A model generated the notes under the pieces. That model worked only from the letters and a program-made list of their open reading frames with translations, ran no database searches and was not told where the DNA came from. From a virus (lineage: Duplodnaviria > Heunggongvirae > Uroviricota > Caudoviricetes): DNA of 13,264 bases. Where the stretch lies: the IMG/VR virus record IMGVR_UViG_2802429244_000009; one strand, given 5' to 3'. The position numbers and the translations under genes are program-made. Position 1 is the first letter of the stretch; each line of letters opens with the position of its first letter. Positions 5,707-13,231 of this stretch are shown here, piece by piece.

Positions 5707-7941
5707 GTGGCCAACCAAACCATAAAACGTTTTGGACTGGAAAATATGATACTCGATAAATCAGTGACGCACCCAGATCAGGATCGATATGGATTTCTTC
5801 ATATTGCTAGACAACTTGCAAGTGCCATTCATGCAATTGGACGAGAAGGTAGAGCTGTCATTGGCATTGAAGGTGCATGGGGCTCAGGAAAAACTAGCCT
5901 ATTGAATTTGCTACGTTCGGAGCTAGAAAAAGAGAAAAATGAACGAACTTATATTCTAAATATTTCCCCTTGGCTTGATGGTGATGGTATCAGCTCTGTG
6001 GAAACTTTGTTGCTACCTGTGGCGAGAGTCATTGCAGATGAGGAAGAAAAGTCATTACCGCCGAGGCAACGCAAGCGCCTCAATAAGAAAAACGAACTAA
6101 CTGAATCGGCGAAATCAATCCTGCGTTACTCACAGGTTACAGCACGGCATTTGGTTCCAATGGCGGAATTTGCTGCTCTTATTCCCGGAGTTCCCAATGC
6201 CGGTAAAGCTCTTAAGTCCTTTTCAGAGCTAAACTTAAAGGAAATCAGGAAGACCACCGCGGAATTACGTACTGAAATAGCAGAGAAGATTGCAGATCTT
6301 GATCTCAGTTTTATAGTGCTACTTGATGATCTGGATCGTCTTGAGCCAGCTCAGGCTGTCGAGATCATTCGACTAGTAAAATCGGTCGCAGATTTTCCTC
6401 GTTTCCGCTATATCTTATGTTATGACAGGGGCGTTCTGGCCCAAGCAATTAAAACCGGATTAGGAGTAGAAGATGGAAATGCTTACCTGCAGAAAATAGT
6501 GCAAATATCGTTCAGCCTTCCTCTTCCGGAATCATTTGATCTACGATTACAGTTTTTTGATGGTGCGGTCGCTCTTTACGAATCTGTTAACGGTTTTTCT
6601 CCTGACGAGGAAATATTGACGGACCTGAATACAATTACAGATACCTTTGGTGTCGCGCTTAAGACCCCACGAGAAGTGCAACTGTCTTTGAATGCCCTTG
6701 CTTTCAGGTATCCAGGCGTGAGAGATTACGTTTATCTGCCAGATCTATGCTTTCTTCAACTTATTCAAGTTACCTGCAGTAGTTTATATGAATGGATAGA
6801 ACAGTACCTGACTGAGTATGCAGTGGTAGCATCAGGCGATGGCACAGTCAGTGAGGCGCAACAACAACAAATTAGGGAGCATTTCGTTACTGCTATTTCA
6901 AAGTTACACCCTTTTTCTGACCTTATGATATACGAACTTAGTAAGATTATACCTGGTATTGAAGGGTATAAAGAAGATACGCTGAAACTTTTTCGTCAGA
7001 GCAGTGAAGAAGAGCAGGTCTTCATGGGGGCACAACGAAGACTTGGTAGTAGTGCCTACTGGCGTTACTACTTTGCATTTTCTGCTCCGCAATATGTTTT
7101 GCCGCCGGAGTTTTTTACCAATCTGTTTAACTTAGCCAGAACATTCGATAAAGAAACTGATCTTGCAATTGAGTTGCTCAGCAGAATCAATAGTAAAGGG
7201 CTTACATCACGAACATGGTATGAACATATCCTTAGTCAACTTAGCTCCCGTATGATCAAAGAACGTCATTTTGATGAATGTGCAGGGTTGTTAAAATTTT
7301 TTTTCAATTACGCTGATGGTGTTTGGGATTTCTACTATGAACGGAACCAGTGGTTCTCTTGGCAAACACTAGGTACGGAAGAGGTTGTAAACAATCTGCT
7401 CCGTCGACTACTGGAGTTGGATAGGCCCAGAGGAATGCGTTTGCTAAAACAACTGTTCACTCAGGGAAGCGCCTGGAACTGGGCTGCCGTATATCTGCGG
7501 GGATTGCTGTTGCAGAATGGTATGGCTGGAAGTCAAGCAGTTGCCATGTATAAGCGGATTTTGAAAAATACTGAGGTGGCCTCACTGTGTAAGCTTATGT
7601 CACGTCGCTTGAGAATGCGGCACATTCAAAATGAAATGTTTCGGTTCAACAATCTTCTACATTATGTTTATGCTTGGCGTGACATAGATTCACCAAAAAT
7701 TGTTTGTCGATGTCTACGGCGAATCTGTAAGGAAGATGATGGTTTTTTGAACCTGCTACTGCGTTTACGGAGAGTGGTATTTAGTAGCCACCGTGGGGCA
7801 TATCGAGAACTACGAATAAATCAAGTTTCATTTCTTATTGGACTCCCAAAAGATACTATTGTCTCGCGGCTGGAAAGCCTTGCTCAACAACGTAACAGAG
7901 ACTGGATGGTCGATGAATTACGGAATTCGTTTGAGCAGTAG
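5707..7941 (+). CDS. KAP-family P-loop NTPase (744 aa), candidate prophage-encoded defence / exclusion protein
   Basis: Walker A GAWGSGKTS near residue 57 and Walker B-like FIVLLDDLDRLEP near residue 200, the G-x-W-G-x-G-K-[ST] and hhhhDDLDR pattern typical of KAP NTPases. AAGGAG RBS before the GTG start. Gene is visibly AT-richer than its neighbours. C-terminal ~500 aa unassigned. Confidence 0.75.
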   Translation: MANQTIKRFGLENMILDKSVTHPDQDRYGFLHIARQLASAIHAIGREGRAVIGIEGAWGSGKTSLLNLLRSELEKEKNERTYILNISPWLDGDGISSVETLLLPVARVIADEEEKSLPPRQRKRLNKKNELTESAKSILRYSQVTARHLVPMAEFAALIPGVPNAGKALKSFSELNLKEIRKTTAELRTEIAEKIADLDLSFIVLLDDLDRLEPAQAVEIIRLVKSVADFPRFRYILCYDRGVLAQAIKTGLGVEDGNAYLQKIVQISFSLPLPESFDLRLQFFDGAVALYESVNGFSPDEEILTDLNTITDTFGVALKTPREVQLSLNALAFRYPGVRDYVYLPDLCFLQLIQVTCSSLYEWIEQYLTEYAVVASGDGTVSEAQQQQIREHFVTAISKLHPFSDLMIYELSKIIPGIEGYKEDTLKLFRQSSEEEQVFMGAQRRLGSSAYWRYYFAFSAPQYVLPPEFFTNLFNLARTFDKETDLAIELLSRINSKGLTSRTWYEHILSQLSSRMIKERHFDECAGLLKFFFNYADGVWDFYYERNQWFSWQTLGTEEVVNNLLRRLLELDRPRGMRLLKQLFTQGSAWNWAAVYLRGLLLQNGMAGSQAVAMYKRILKNTEVASLCKLMSRRLRMRHIQNEMFRFNNLLHYVYAWRDIDSPKIVCRCLRRICKEDDGFLNLLLRLRRVVFSSHRGAYRELRINQVSFLIGLPKDTIVSRLESLAQQRNRDWMVDELRNSFEQ

Positions 7942-8279
7942 TCGAAACATTAAAAATTGGTCATGGGGCTTTAATATTGAAAACGAGGGTGTTTCCGATA
8001 GTTTTTTAGCTACTACGCCGCGTTTGGCAGAGAGGGTTAAATAAGAGAGTTGCCTCCATTGGTTGAACTCACAGCTCAAAGTTGATTGTTAGCTTTGATT
8101 GTGTATTGCCTACACAAGTATTAGCCGGATCTGACTTAGCACATTTAATTAAGTGCTGGTGGTGGTATCTGACCATGTTTCACAGAAAAATCAAATTATA
8201 CCCAGTAGTAATATTGAGACACTGTAGAGACAGCCACATATTGAATCATGCACGTGTACGTCAAATGTGGGAGGTTGTC

Positions 8280-8369
8280 GTGCTGGTTCTCAAATGTGCG
8301 CTGGCTATTGCGGCTGTAATGGCAATTTATTGTCTTGCTATTGTTCTTATGGTTCGCCTTTCTGATTGA
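8280..8369 (+). CDS. Candidate small hydrophobic membrane peptide (29 aa; MLVLKCALAIAAVMAIYCLAIVLMVRLSD)
   Basis: GTG at 8280 preceded by GGGAGG (8269-8274) at 5-nt spacing. Product is a single predicted transmembrane helix with a charged C-terminal tail. It is the C-terminal part of track ORF 8082..8369, whose own start is a weak TTG. Confidence 0.3.
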   Translation: MLVLKCALAIAAVMAIYCLAIVLMVRLSD

Positions 8370-8580
8370 TTTCATATTGGCGAGGTAACGGGAGTTAAGT
8401 AGAATGGCTGCGGGTGCTTGAGGCTATCTGTCTCAGGCATGAACACCAACGGCAGATAGAGAAAAGCCCCAGTTAACATTACGCGTCCTGCAAGACGCTT
8501 AACATTAATCTGAGGCCATATCTATGACTTGCACACGTAGGTTAGCCTCTTACGTGCCGAAAGGCAAGGAGAAGCAGGCT

Positions 8581-8736
8581 ATGAAGCAGCAAAAGGCGAT
8601 GTTAATCGCCCTGATCGTCATCTGTTTAACCGTCATAGTGACGGCACTGGTAACGAGGAAAGACCTCTGCGAGGTACGAATCCGAACCGGCCAGACGGAG
8701 GTCGCTGTCTTCACAGCTTACGAACCTGAGGAGTAA
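8581..8736 (+). CDS. hokD: Hok-family type I toxin, HokD (RelF)-like (51 aa)
   Basis: MKQQKAMLIALIVICLTVIVTALVTRKDLCEVRIRTGQTEVAVFTAYEPEE matches recalled HokD/Gef-family sequences. AGGAGAA RBS upstream; a structured GC-rich 3' region follows the stop. Confidence 0.85.
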   Translation: MKQQKAMLIALIVICLTVIVTALVTRKDLCEVRIRTGQTEVAVFTAYEPEE

Positions 8737-8964
8737 GAGACCCGGCGGGGGAGAAATCCCTCGCCACCCCTGATGTGTCAGGCATCCTCAACGCACCCAC
8801 ACTTAACCTTACTAGCAAGTGGCTTTAATATTATTGTAACATTTTCATGCTCGCATGTGTTTTCTGTTGTTATGAATTAGGTACAGGGTTCTTATGCTTC
8901 TTTATTGCGATGAGCTTGCAACTGATTGTTAGTTGCTATTGGTGGGGGAAGGGATATACTTTAA

Positions 8965-9213
8965 ATGAGCAAAAAAGAGAAGTTGAGGTGGCGTCTGAAT
9001 CAGCTTCCAAAGGATTTTACATGGGATGAACTCGTGACGTTGCTTGGGCATTATGGTTTCGAAATGCTTACCGGTTCAGGCTCAAGAAGGAAGTTTACCA
9101 ATGCTAATGGAAGGCTTGTGGCTTTTCATTGCCCACATCCTGGCAATATTGTTAAAGGATATGTGCTTAAAGAAGTGAAAAATCTTTTGGATGAGATTGA
9201 TAGTTATGAGTAA
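8965..9213 (+). CDS. hicA: HicA-family toxin (82 aa)
   Basis: Motif ...LLGHYGFEMLTGSGSRRKF....GRLVAFHCPHPGNIVKGYVLKEVKNLL fits the HicA (YcfA-like) pattern G.GS..KF...G....HxPHPG. It is immediately upstream of, and overlapping, a HicB-like gene. Confidence 0.7.
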   Translation: MSKKEKLRWRLNQLPKDFTWDELVTLLGHYGFEMLTGSGSRRKFTNANGRLVAFHCPHPGNIVKGYVLKEVKNLLDEIDSYE

Positions 9214-9682
9214 TGTGCTGAGTTATAAAGGTTATTTTGGCAGCATTGAGGTTTCACTTGAAGATAACATACTTCATGGGAAAATTCAGTGCGTAAACGA
9301 TGTTGTAACCTACGAAGCGGAAACACTGGATGGGTTAAGGGCGGCTTTTGAAGAAGCTGTTACAGATTATCTCGACACATGCAAGCAGTTAGGGAAATCT
9401 CCTGATAAACCAATGAGTGGTACTTTTAACATCAGAATTGGTCGCGATCTTCATAAGAAAGCGTTTTTGGCTGCAATGGCGGATAAGACGACGCTTAATG
9501 ATTATGTGCGTAAAGCTATCGAAGAAAAGATTGCTGACAAAAAAGAAGTTCATTCTCATTCGGAAAGCGAAGAAACGACAGATACATTCGTTTGGGAAAA
9601 AGCATTCTCTTTTGGTTATGTCATTTCCCCTTCAGCAAGAACAAAAAAGAAAGAGGCTGGTGAGCGATGGATGCGTCACTGA
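9206..9682 (+). CDS. hicB: HicB-family antitoxin (158 aa) with C-terminal extension
   Basis: YKGYFGSIEVSLEDNILHGKIQ...DVVTYEAETLDGLRAAFEEAVTDYLDTCKQLGKSPDKPMSGTFNIRIGRDLHKKA matches the HicB-like antitoxin pattern (YKGY.GS...DYL..C...G..P.KP.SG.FN.RI...LH.KA). ATG at 9206 overlaps the hicA stop at 9211-9213. Confidence 0.8.
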   Translation: MSNVLSYKGYFGSIEVSLEDNILHGKIQCVNDVVTYEAETLDGLRAAFEEAVTDYLDTCKQLGKSPDKPMSGTFNIRIGRDLHKKAFLAAMADKTTLNDYVRKAIEEKIADKKEVHSHSESEETTDTFVWEKAFSFGYVISPSARTKKKEAGERWMRH

Positions 9683-10095
9683 TGTTACAAAATATTAAGT
9701 ATGCTGGTTTCGATATTGTTTCCAGTAGTTTCAAGGATAACACTAGTGATGATGGAGGGTTTTTTAAGGTCTCGATCGAGGAAGTTAAATTTTCTTCGGG
9801 GCGCGATGATGATGGTACTTGTTGGTTCCGGATTGGATTTTCGCCATCGATAAAAGGGTATCCCGATAGAGATGGTGCCGGGGATGAAGAACCCTCTTTT
9901 GAGCTAAAGATGGAGCTGATTACGGACTTTGATATCATGAATGGAGAGTTGATCGATGAAAAATTCTTTGTGAAAAATTCATGGTATTTTGAGAATTTCA
10001 TGTCGTTGACGTTAAAATTGGCGGTGGACTCTGTTCTTAAGCACACGTCGTTAAGCGATATTTATTTCCCCTGGTATTCGCCGGACTCAGCTTAA
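9682..10095 (+). CDS. Hypothetical acidic 137-aa protein, translationally coupled to hicB (third gene of the operon)
   Basis: ATG at 9682 overlaps the hicB stop (TGATG); an in-frame ATG at 9667 is an alternative start. AT-rich like hicAB, followed by a terminator. Product is Asp/Glu- and aromatic-rich with no recognised domain. Confidence 0.55.
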   Translation: MLQNIKYAGFDIVSSSFKDNTSDDGGFFKVSIEEVKFSSGRDDDGTCWFRIGFSPSIKGYPDRDGAGDEEPSFELKMELITDFDIMNGELIDEKFFVKNSWYFENFMSLTLKLAVDSVLKHTSLSDIYFPWYSPDSA

Positions 10096-10100
10096 TAATC

Positions 10101-10130
10101 AAGCCCGCCGATGTGGGCTTTGTGTTATTC
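10101..10130 (+). terminator. Rho-independent terminator after the hicAB-orf3 operon
   Basis: Stem AAGCCC (10101-10106) / GGGCTT (10115-10120) with an 8-nt loop, followed by the T-rich tract TGTGTTATT. Confidence 0.5.
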
Positions 10131-10200
10131 CTGTGTTCTGGTTTACAATTCACATGCCAGCCTGAACAACTGGCACCTGCTGCGCCAGCAGAGAAAACAG

Positions 10201-10473
10201 ATGGCGCACAAGACCAAATTACACAATTCTGATACCGATCGTGCCAGCAGGCACGATCGGCGTTCTCATGCATTCAAATATGACTGGTACCAGCATGACC
10301 CATGCACTGCAGAACAGGCCGAATGGCTGATTCATAACTACCGCAGACGTGGATACGAGATTAAGAAAGCCCTCAGCCTCGATTATCGTCACTGGATAAT
10401 CTACGTCAGGCTGCCGTACTCCGAACGCCCACCGCGTCCGTCCCGCACATTCCAGCAACGGATCTGGAGGTAA
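10201..10473 (+). CDS. Hypothetical basic 90-aa protein (rem-position nin-region gene)
   Basis: ATG at 10201 inside track ORF 10111..10473; the upstream ATG at 10111 lies in the terminator hairpin. Stop is 1 nt before the ydfU-like start. Weak RBS; assigned by position between hokD and ydfU as in Qin. Confidence 0.4.
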   Translation: MAHKTKLHNSDTDRASRHDRRSHAFKYDWYQHDPCTAEQAEWLIHNYRRRGYEIKKALSLDYRHWIIYVRLPYSERPPRPSRTFQQRIWR

Positions 10474-10474
10474 C

Positions 10475-11524
10475 GTGCGGGTATTACTTCGACCTGTTCT
10501 GGTACCGGAACTCGGGCTGGTGGTCCTTAAGCCAGGTCGTGAATCCATGCAGGTATTTCACAATCCCCGGGTGCTGGTGGAGCCGGAACCAAAAAGCATG
10601 CGCAGTCTGCCGTCCGGAGTCGTTCCTGCCGTTCGCCAGCCGCTGGTGGAAGATAAATCATTACTGCCATTTTTCAGCGATGAGCGGGTGATTCGTGCTG
10701 CTGGCGGCGCTGGTGCGCTGTCTGACTGGCTCCTGCGTCATATTAAATCCTGCCAGTGGCCTCATGGTGACTATCATCACAGCGAAATCGTCATACATCG
10801 TTACGGTACCGGCGCGATGGTGTTGTGCTGGCACTGCGACAACCAGCTGCGTGACCAGACATCCGAATCACTCGGGCAACTTGCTCATCAAAACCTGTCA
10901 GCATGGATGATTGACGTCATACGCCATGCAATGAATGGCACGCAGGAGCGGGAATTATCGCTGGCTGAATTATCCTGGTGGGCGGTCTGCAATCAGGTGG
11001 CGGACGCGCTTCCGGAGGCAGTATTACGTCGTTCTCTGGGGTTGCGTGCGGAAAAAATTCGCTCTGTGTACCGTGAAAGCGACATCATACCGGGAGAACA
11101 GACAGCCACCAGCATACTGAAGCAGCGCACAAAAAATATTGCGTTACCGCCTCACGTCCACCAGCAACAGAACTCACCACAGGAAAAGACGGTGGTCAGC
11201 ATTGCCGTTGATCCGGACTCTCCGGAATCTTTCATGAAGCGGCCTAAACGTCGCCGTTGGGTAAATGAGAAATACACACGCTGGGTAAAGATACAGCCGT
11301 GTGCGTGTTGTGGTAAGCCAGCCGACGATCCCCATCACCTGATTGGTCATGGTCAGGGCGGAATGGGGACAAAAGCCCACGATATTTTTACGCTACCGCT
11401 GTGCCGGGAGCATCACAACGAACTTCATGCTGATCCGCTGGCATTTGAAGAAAAGCATGGTTCCCAGATTGATTTAATTTTTCGTTTTCTTGATCGCGCC
11501 TTTGCAACCGGCGTGCTCGGGTAA
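10475..11524 (+). CDS. ydfU: YdfU-like DUF968 protein with C-terminal HNH-like Cys/His cluster (349 aa)
   Basis: GTG start with GGAGG at 10465-10469. Size and position match ydfU-type nin-region proteins. C-terminus CACCGKPADDPHHLIGHGQGGMGTKAHDIFTLPLCREHHNELH looks like an HNH-type metal-binding motif. Confidence 0.65.
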   Translation: MRVLLRPVLVPELGLVVLKPGRESMQVFHNPRVLVEPEPKSMRSLPSGVVPAVRQPLVEDKSLLPFFSDERVIRAAGGAGALSDWLLRHIKSCQWPHGDYHHSEIVIHRYGTGAMVLCWHCDNQLRDQTSESLGQLAHQNLSAWMIDVIRHAMNGTQERELSLAELSWWAVCNQVADALPEAVLRRSLGLRAEKIRSVYRESDIIPGEQTATSILKQRTKNIALPPHVHQQQNSPQEKTVVSIAVDPDSPESFMKRPKRRRWVNEKYTRWVKIQPCACCGKPADDPHHLIGHGQGGMGTKAHDIFTLPLCREHHNELHADPLAFEEKHGSQIDLIFRFLDRAFATGVLG

Positions 11525-11536
11525 AAGAGGTTACTG

Positions 11537-11911
11537 ATGCGTATAGAGTTTGTTTTGCCTTACCCGCCGACGGTGAACACCTACTGGCGACGTCGTGGCA
11601 GCACATATTTTGTATCAAAAGCCGGTGAGCGTTATCGCCGGGATGTGGCGCTCATTGTTCGCCAGCAGCGACTGAAATTAAACCTGTCCGGAAGGCTGGC
11701 AATAAAAATTATTGCAGAGCCACCGGATAAGTGCCGTCGTGACCTGGACAATATTCTGAAAGCACCACTGGATGCACTGACACATGCGGGGTTGCTTATC
11801 GACGACGAGCAGTTTGATGAAATCAATATTGTGCGCGGACTGCCTGTTTCTGGTGGTCGGTTGGGCGTGAAGATTTACGAAATAATGCATGACGGGCAGG
11901 TCCAAAAATGA
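11537..11911 (+). CDS. rusA: Holliday junction resolvase RusA (124 aa)
   Basis: Pattern PPTVNTYWRRRG....S..G..YR......DKCRRDLDNILKAPLDALTHAGLLIDD matches recalled RusA (catalytic RRDLDN/DD). AAGAGG RBS upstream. Confidence 0.85.
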   Translation: MRIEFVLPYPPTVNTYWRRRGSTYFVSKAGERYRRDVALIVRQQRLKLNLSGRLAIKIIAEPPDKCRRDLDNILKAPLDALTHAGLLIDDEQFDEINIVRGLPVSGGRLGVKIYEIMHDGQVQK

Positions 11912-12729
11912 AACTGGAAGATTTACCGAAATACTATTCCCCAAAATCGCCAGGCCTGACTGATGCATCCGCCTCGACGTCAAAAGATGCGCTGAGCATC
12001 ACTGATGTGATGGCTGCGCAGGGTATGACACAAAACCGGGCTGAGATGGGGTTTTCTGCGTTCCTGGGGAAAATGGGCATTAGTATGAATGACAGGGTGC
12101 GGGCAACAGAATTACTGGCAGATTATGCATTAAGTCAGTGCGATCGCGTGGCGGCGTTAAGAAAGCTTCCGGCAGAAATAAAGCCGGCAGTGATGCGCAT
12201 TATGGCTTCGTACGCTTTTGAGGATTATGCCCGCAGCGCAGCGAGTAAAAAACAGTGCCCTTGTTGCCATGGGGAAAAATTTATTGAAAGCGAAGTTTTT
12301 ACAAACAAGGTTCAGTATCCGGATGGCAAGCCGCCAGTATGGGCAAAGTGCACAAAAGGTGTGTATCCGTCTTACTGGGAAGAATGGAAAAAAGTTAGGG
12401 AGGTGGTGAAAGTTTCCTGTCCTGAATGTAAAGGGAAGGGAGAGATTTCCACTGCCTGTAAAGACTGCCGTGGGCGTGGTGTCGCCATTCATCGTGAAGA
12501 GTCGGAAAAACGGGGTATTCCTGTTATCAGGAACTGCCAGCGTTGTGGCGGTCGTGGTTATGAAAGACTACCATCAACGGAGGCATTTAATGCCATATGT
12601 GAGGTGACAAATCAGATAACACGTGCGTCATGGGAAAAAACTGTTAAGCAATTCTATGACACACTGGTGGTTCGGTTTGACATTGAAGAGGCATGGGCGG
12701 AGCGACAGTTAAAAAAGGTAACCAGATAA
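11908..12729 (+). CDS. Late-gene antiterminator Q, lambda-type with extra Cys-rich insertion (273 aa)
   Basis: N-terminal (YYSPKSP...TDVMAAQGM) and C-terminal (KTVKQFYDTLVV...VTR) regions parallel recalled lambda Q, with additional CxxC pairs in the middle. Start overlaps the rusA stop (ATGA) and a lambda-like pR'/qut follows immediately. Confidence 0.8.
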   Translation: MKLEDLPKYYSPKSPGLTDASASTSKDALSITDVMAAQGMTQNRAEMGFSAFLGKMGISMNDRVRATELLADYALSQCDRVAALRKLPAEIKPAVMRIMASYAFEDYARSAASKKQCPCCHGEKFIESEVFTNKVQYPDGKPPVWAKCTKGVYPSYWEEWKKVREVVKVSCPECKGKGEISTACKDCRGRGVAIHREESEKRGIPVIRNCQRCGGRGYERLPSTEAFNAICEVTNQITRASWEKTVKQFYDTLVVRFDIEEAWAERQLKKVTR

Positions 12730-12734
12730 CAAGG

Positions 12735-12777
12735 TTGATTTTTCCGGAATCTGTGGTAAATTCGCCCTAACGATGGG
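12735..12777 (+). promoter_or_regulatory. Late promoter pR' with qut / sigma-dependent pause element
   Basis: -35 TTGATT (12735-12740), 16-nt spacer, extended -10 TGgTAAATT (12754-12762), then AACGATGGG (12769-12777). This parallels recalled lambda pR' (GGTAAATT...AACGATGGG). Confidence 0.6.
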
Positions 12778-12811
12778 CGTTTTATGCCTGACGTTAGAAG
12801 AATCTTTACAG

Positions 12812-12840
12812 CCCGCCATCGAGCGGGTTTTGTTGTTTTT
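12812..12840 (+). terminator. tR'-like intrinsic terminator downstream of pR'
   Basis: Stem CCCGC (12812-12816) / GCGGG (12823-12827) with loop CATCGA, followed by TTTTGTTGTTTTT. Confidence 0.6.
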
Positions 12841-13077
12841 GATGTGTGATATAAGAAACGACATTTAATAATCGCCTTCAAAATAAATTTGTTTATATAT
12901 TGTCATGTATATTTTAAGTGAAAGTGAATTATTCACATAAAATAAAAACACATAAGTTAATTTACATAACTTGACTCAATGTGTTGTTGCGATTGGAATA
13001 TTAAATCGTATCATCGAAAGCGGTTCTGAGGGGGAACTCTTCTTTGCTCGGTGATATCGCTCCCCTGAAGAACCAAT

Positions 13078-13153
<76 letters not shown>

Positions 13154-13156
13154 TAT

Positions 13157-13231
<75 letters not shown>

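Noticed and set aside
5304-5759. 151-aa Cys-rich plus-strand ORF spanning the end of the 116-aa gene and the AT-rich intergenic region
   Set aside because: Overlaps two better-supported genes and the predicted KAP promoter; no RBS; sequence is low-complexity.
7838-8044. 68-aa ORF overlapping the 3' end of the KAP gene
   Set aside because: Alternate-frame overlap of about 100 nt with a strongly supported CDS; no RBS.
8524-8736. 70-aa in-frame upstream extension of hokD
   Set aside because: Hok proteins are about 50 aa and the ATG at 8581 has a proper RBS. The extension might be a mok-like element but cannot be confirmed from sequence alone.
9417-9698. 93-aa Lys/Arg-rich alternate-frame ORF inside hicB
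   Set aside because: Alternate frame of a well-supported CDS; composition reflects an A-rich coding strand.
9621-10046. 141-aa minus-strand ORF antisense to the hicB-coupled third gene
   Set aside because: Ser-rich low-complexity product, typical of the antisense frame of an Asp/Glu-rich gene; the plus-strand ORF has translational coupling and a downstream terminator.
10037-12492. Several minus-strand ORFs (10037-10273, 10219-10548, 11174-11380, 11388-11618, 11632-11826, 11678-11983, 12157-12492) antisense to the nin-region genes and Q
   Set aside because: All lie inside or across well-supported plus-strand genes (ydfU-like, rusA, Q), lack RBS and show no recognisable motifs.
13026-13070. 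Imperfect inverted repeat upstream of tRNA-Thr as a terminator
   Set aside because: The stem is short and imperfect and no U-run follows; more likely part of the tRNA precursor leader or a protein-binding site.
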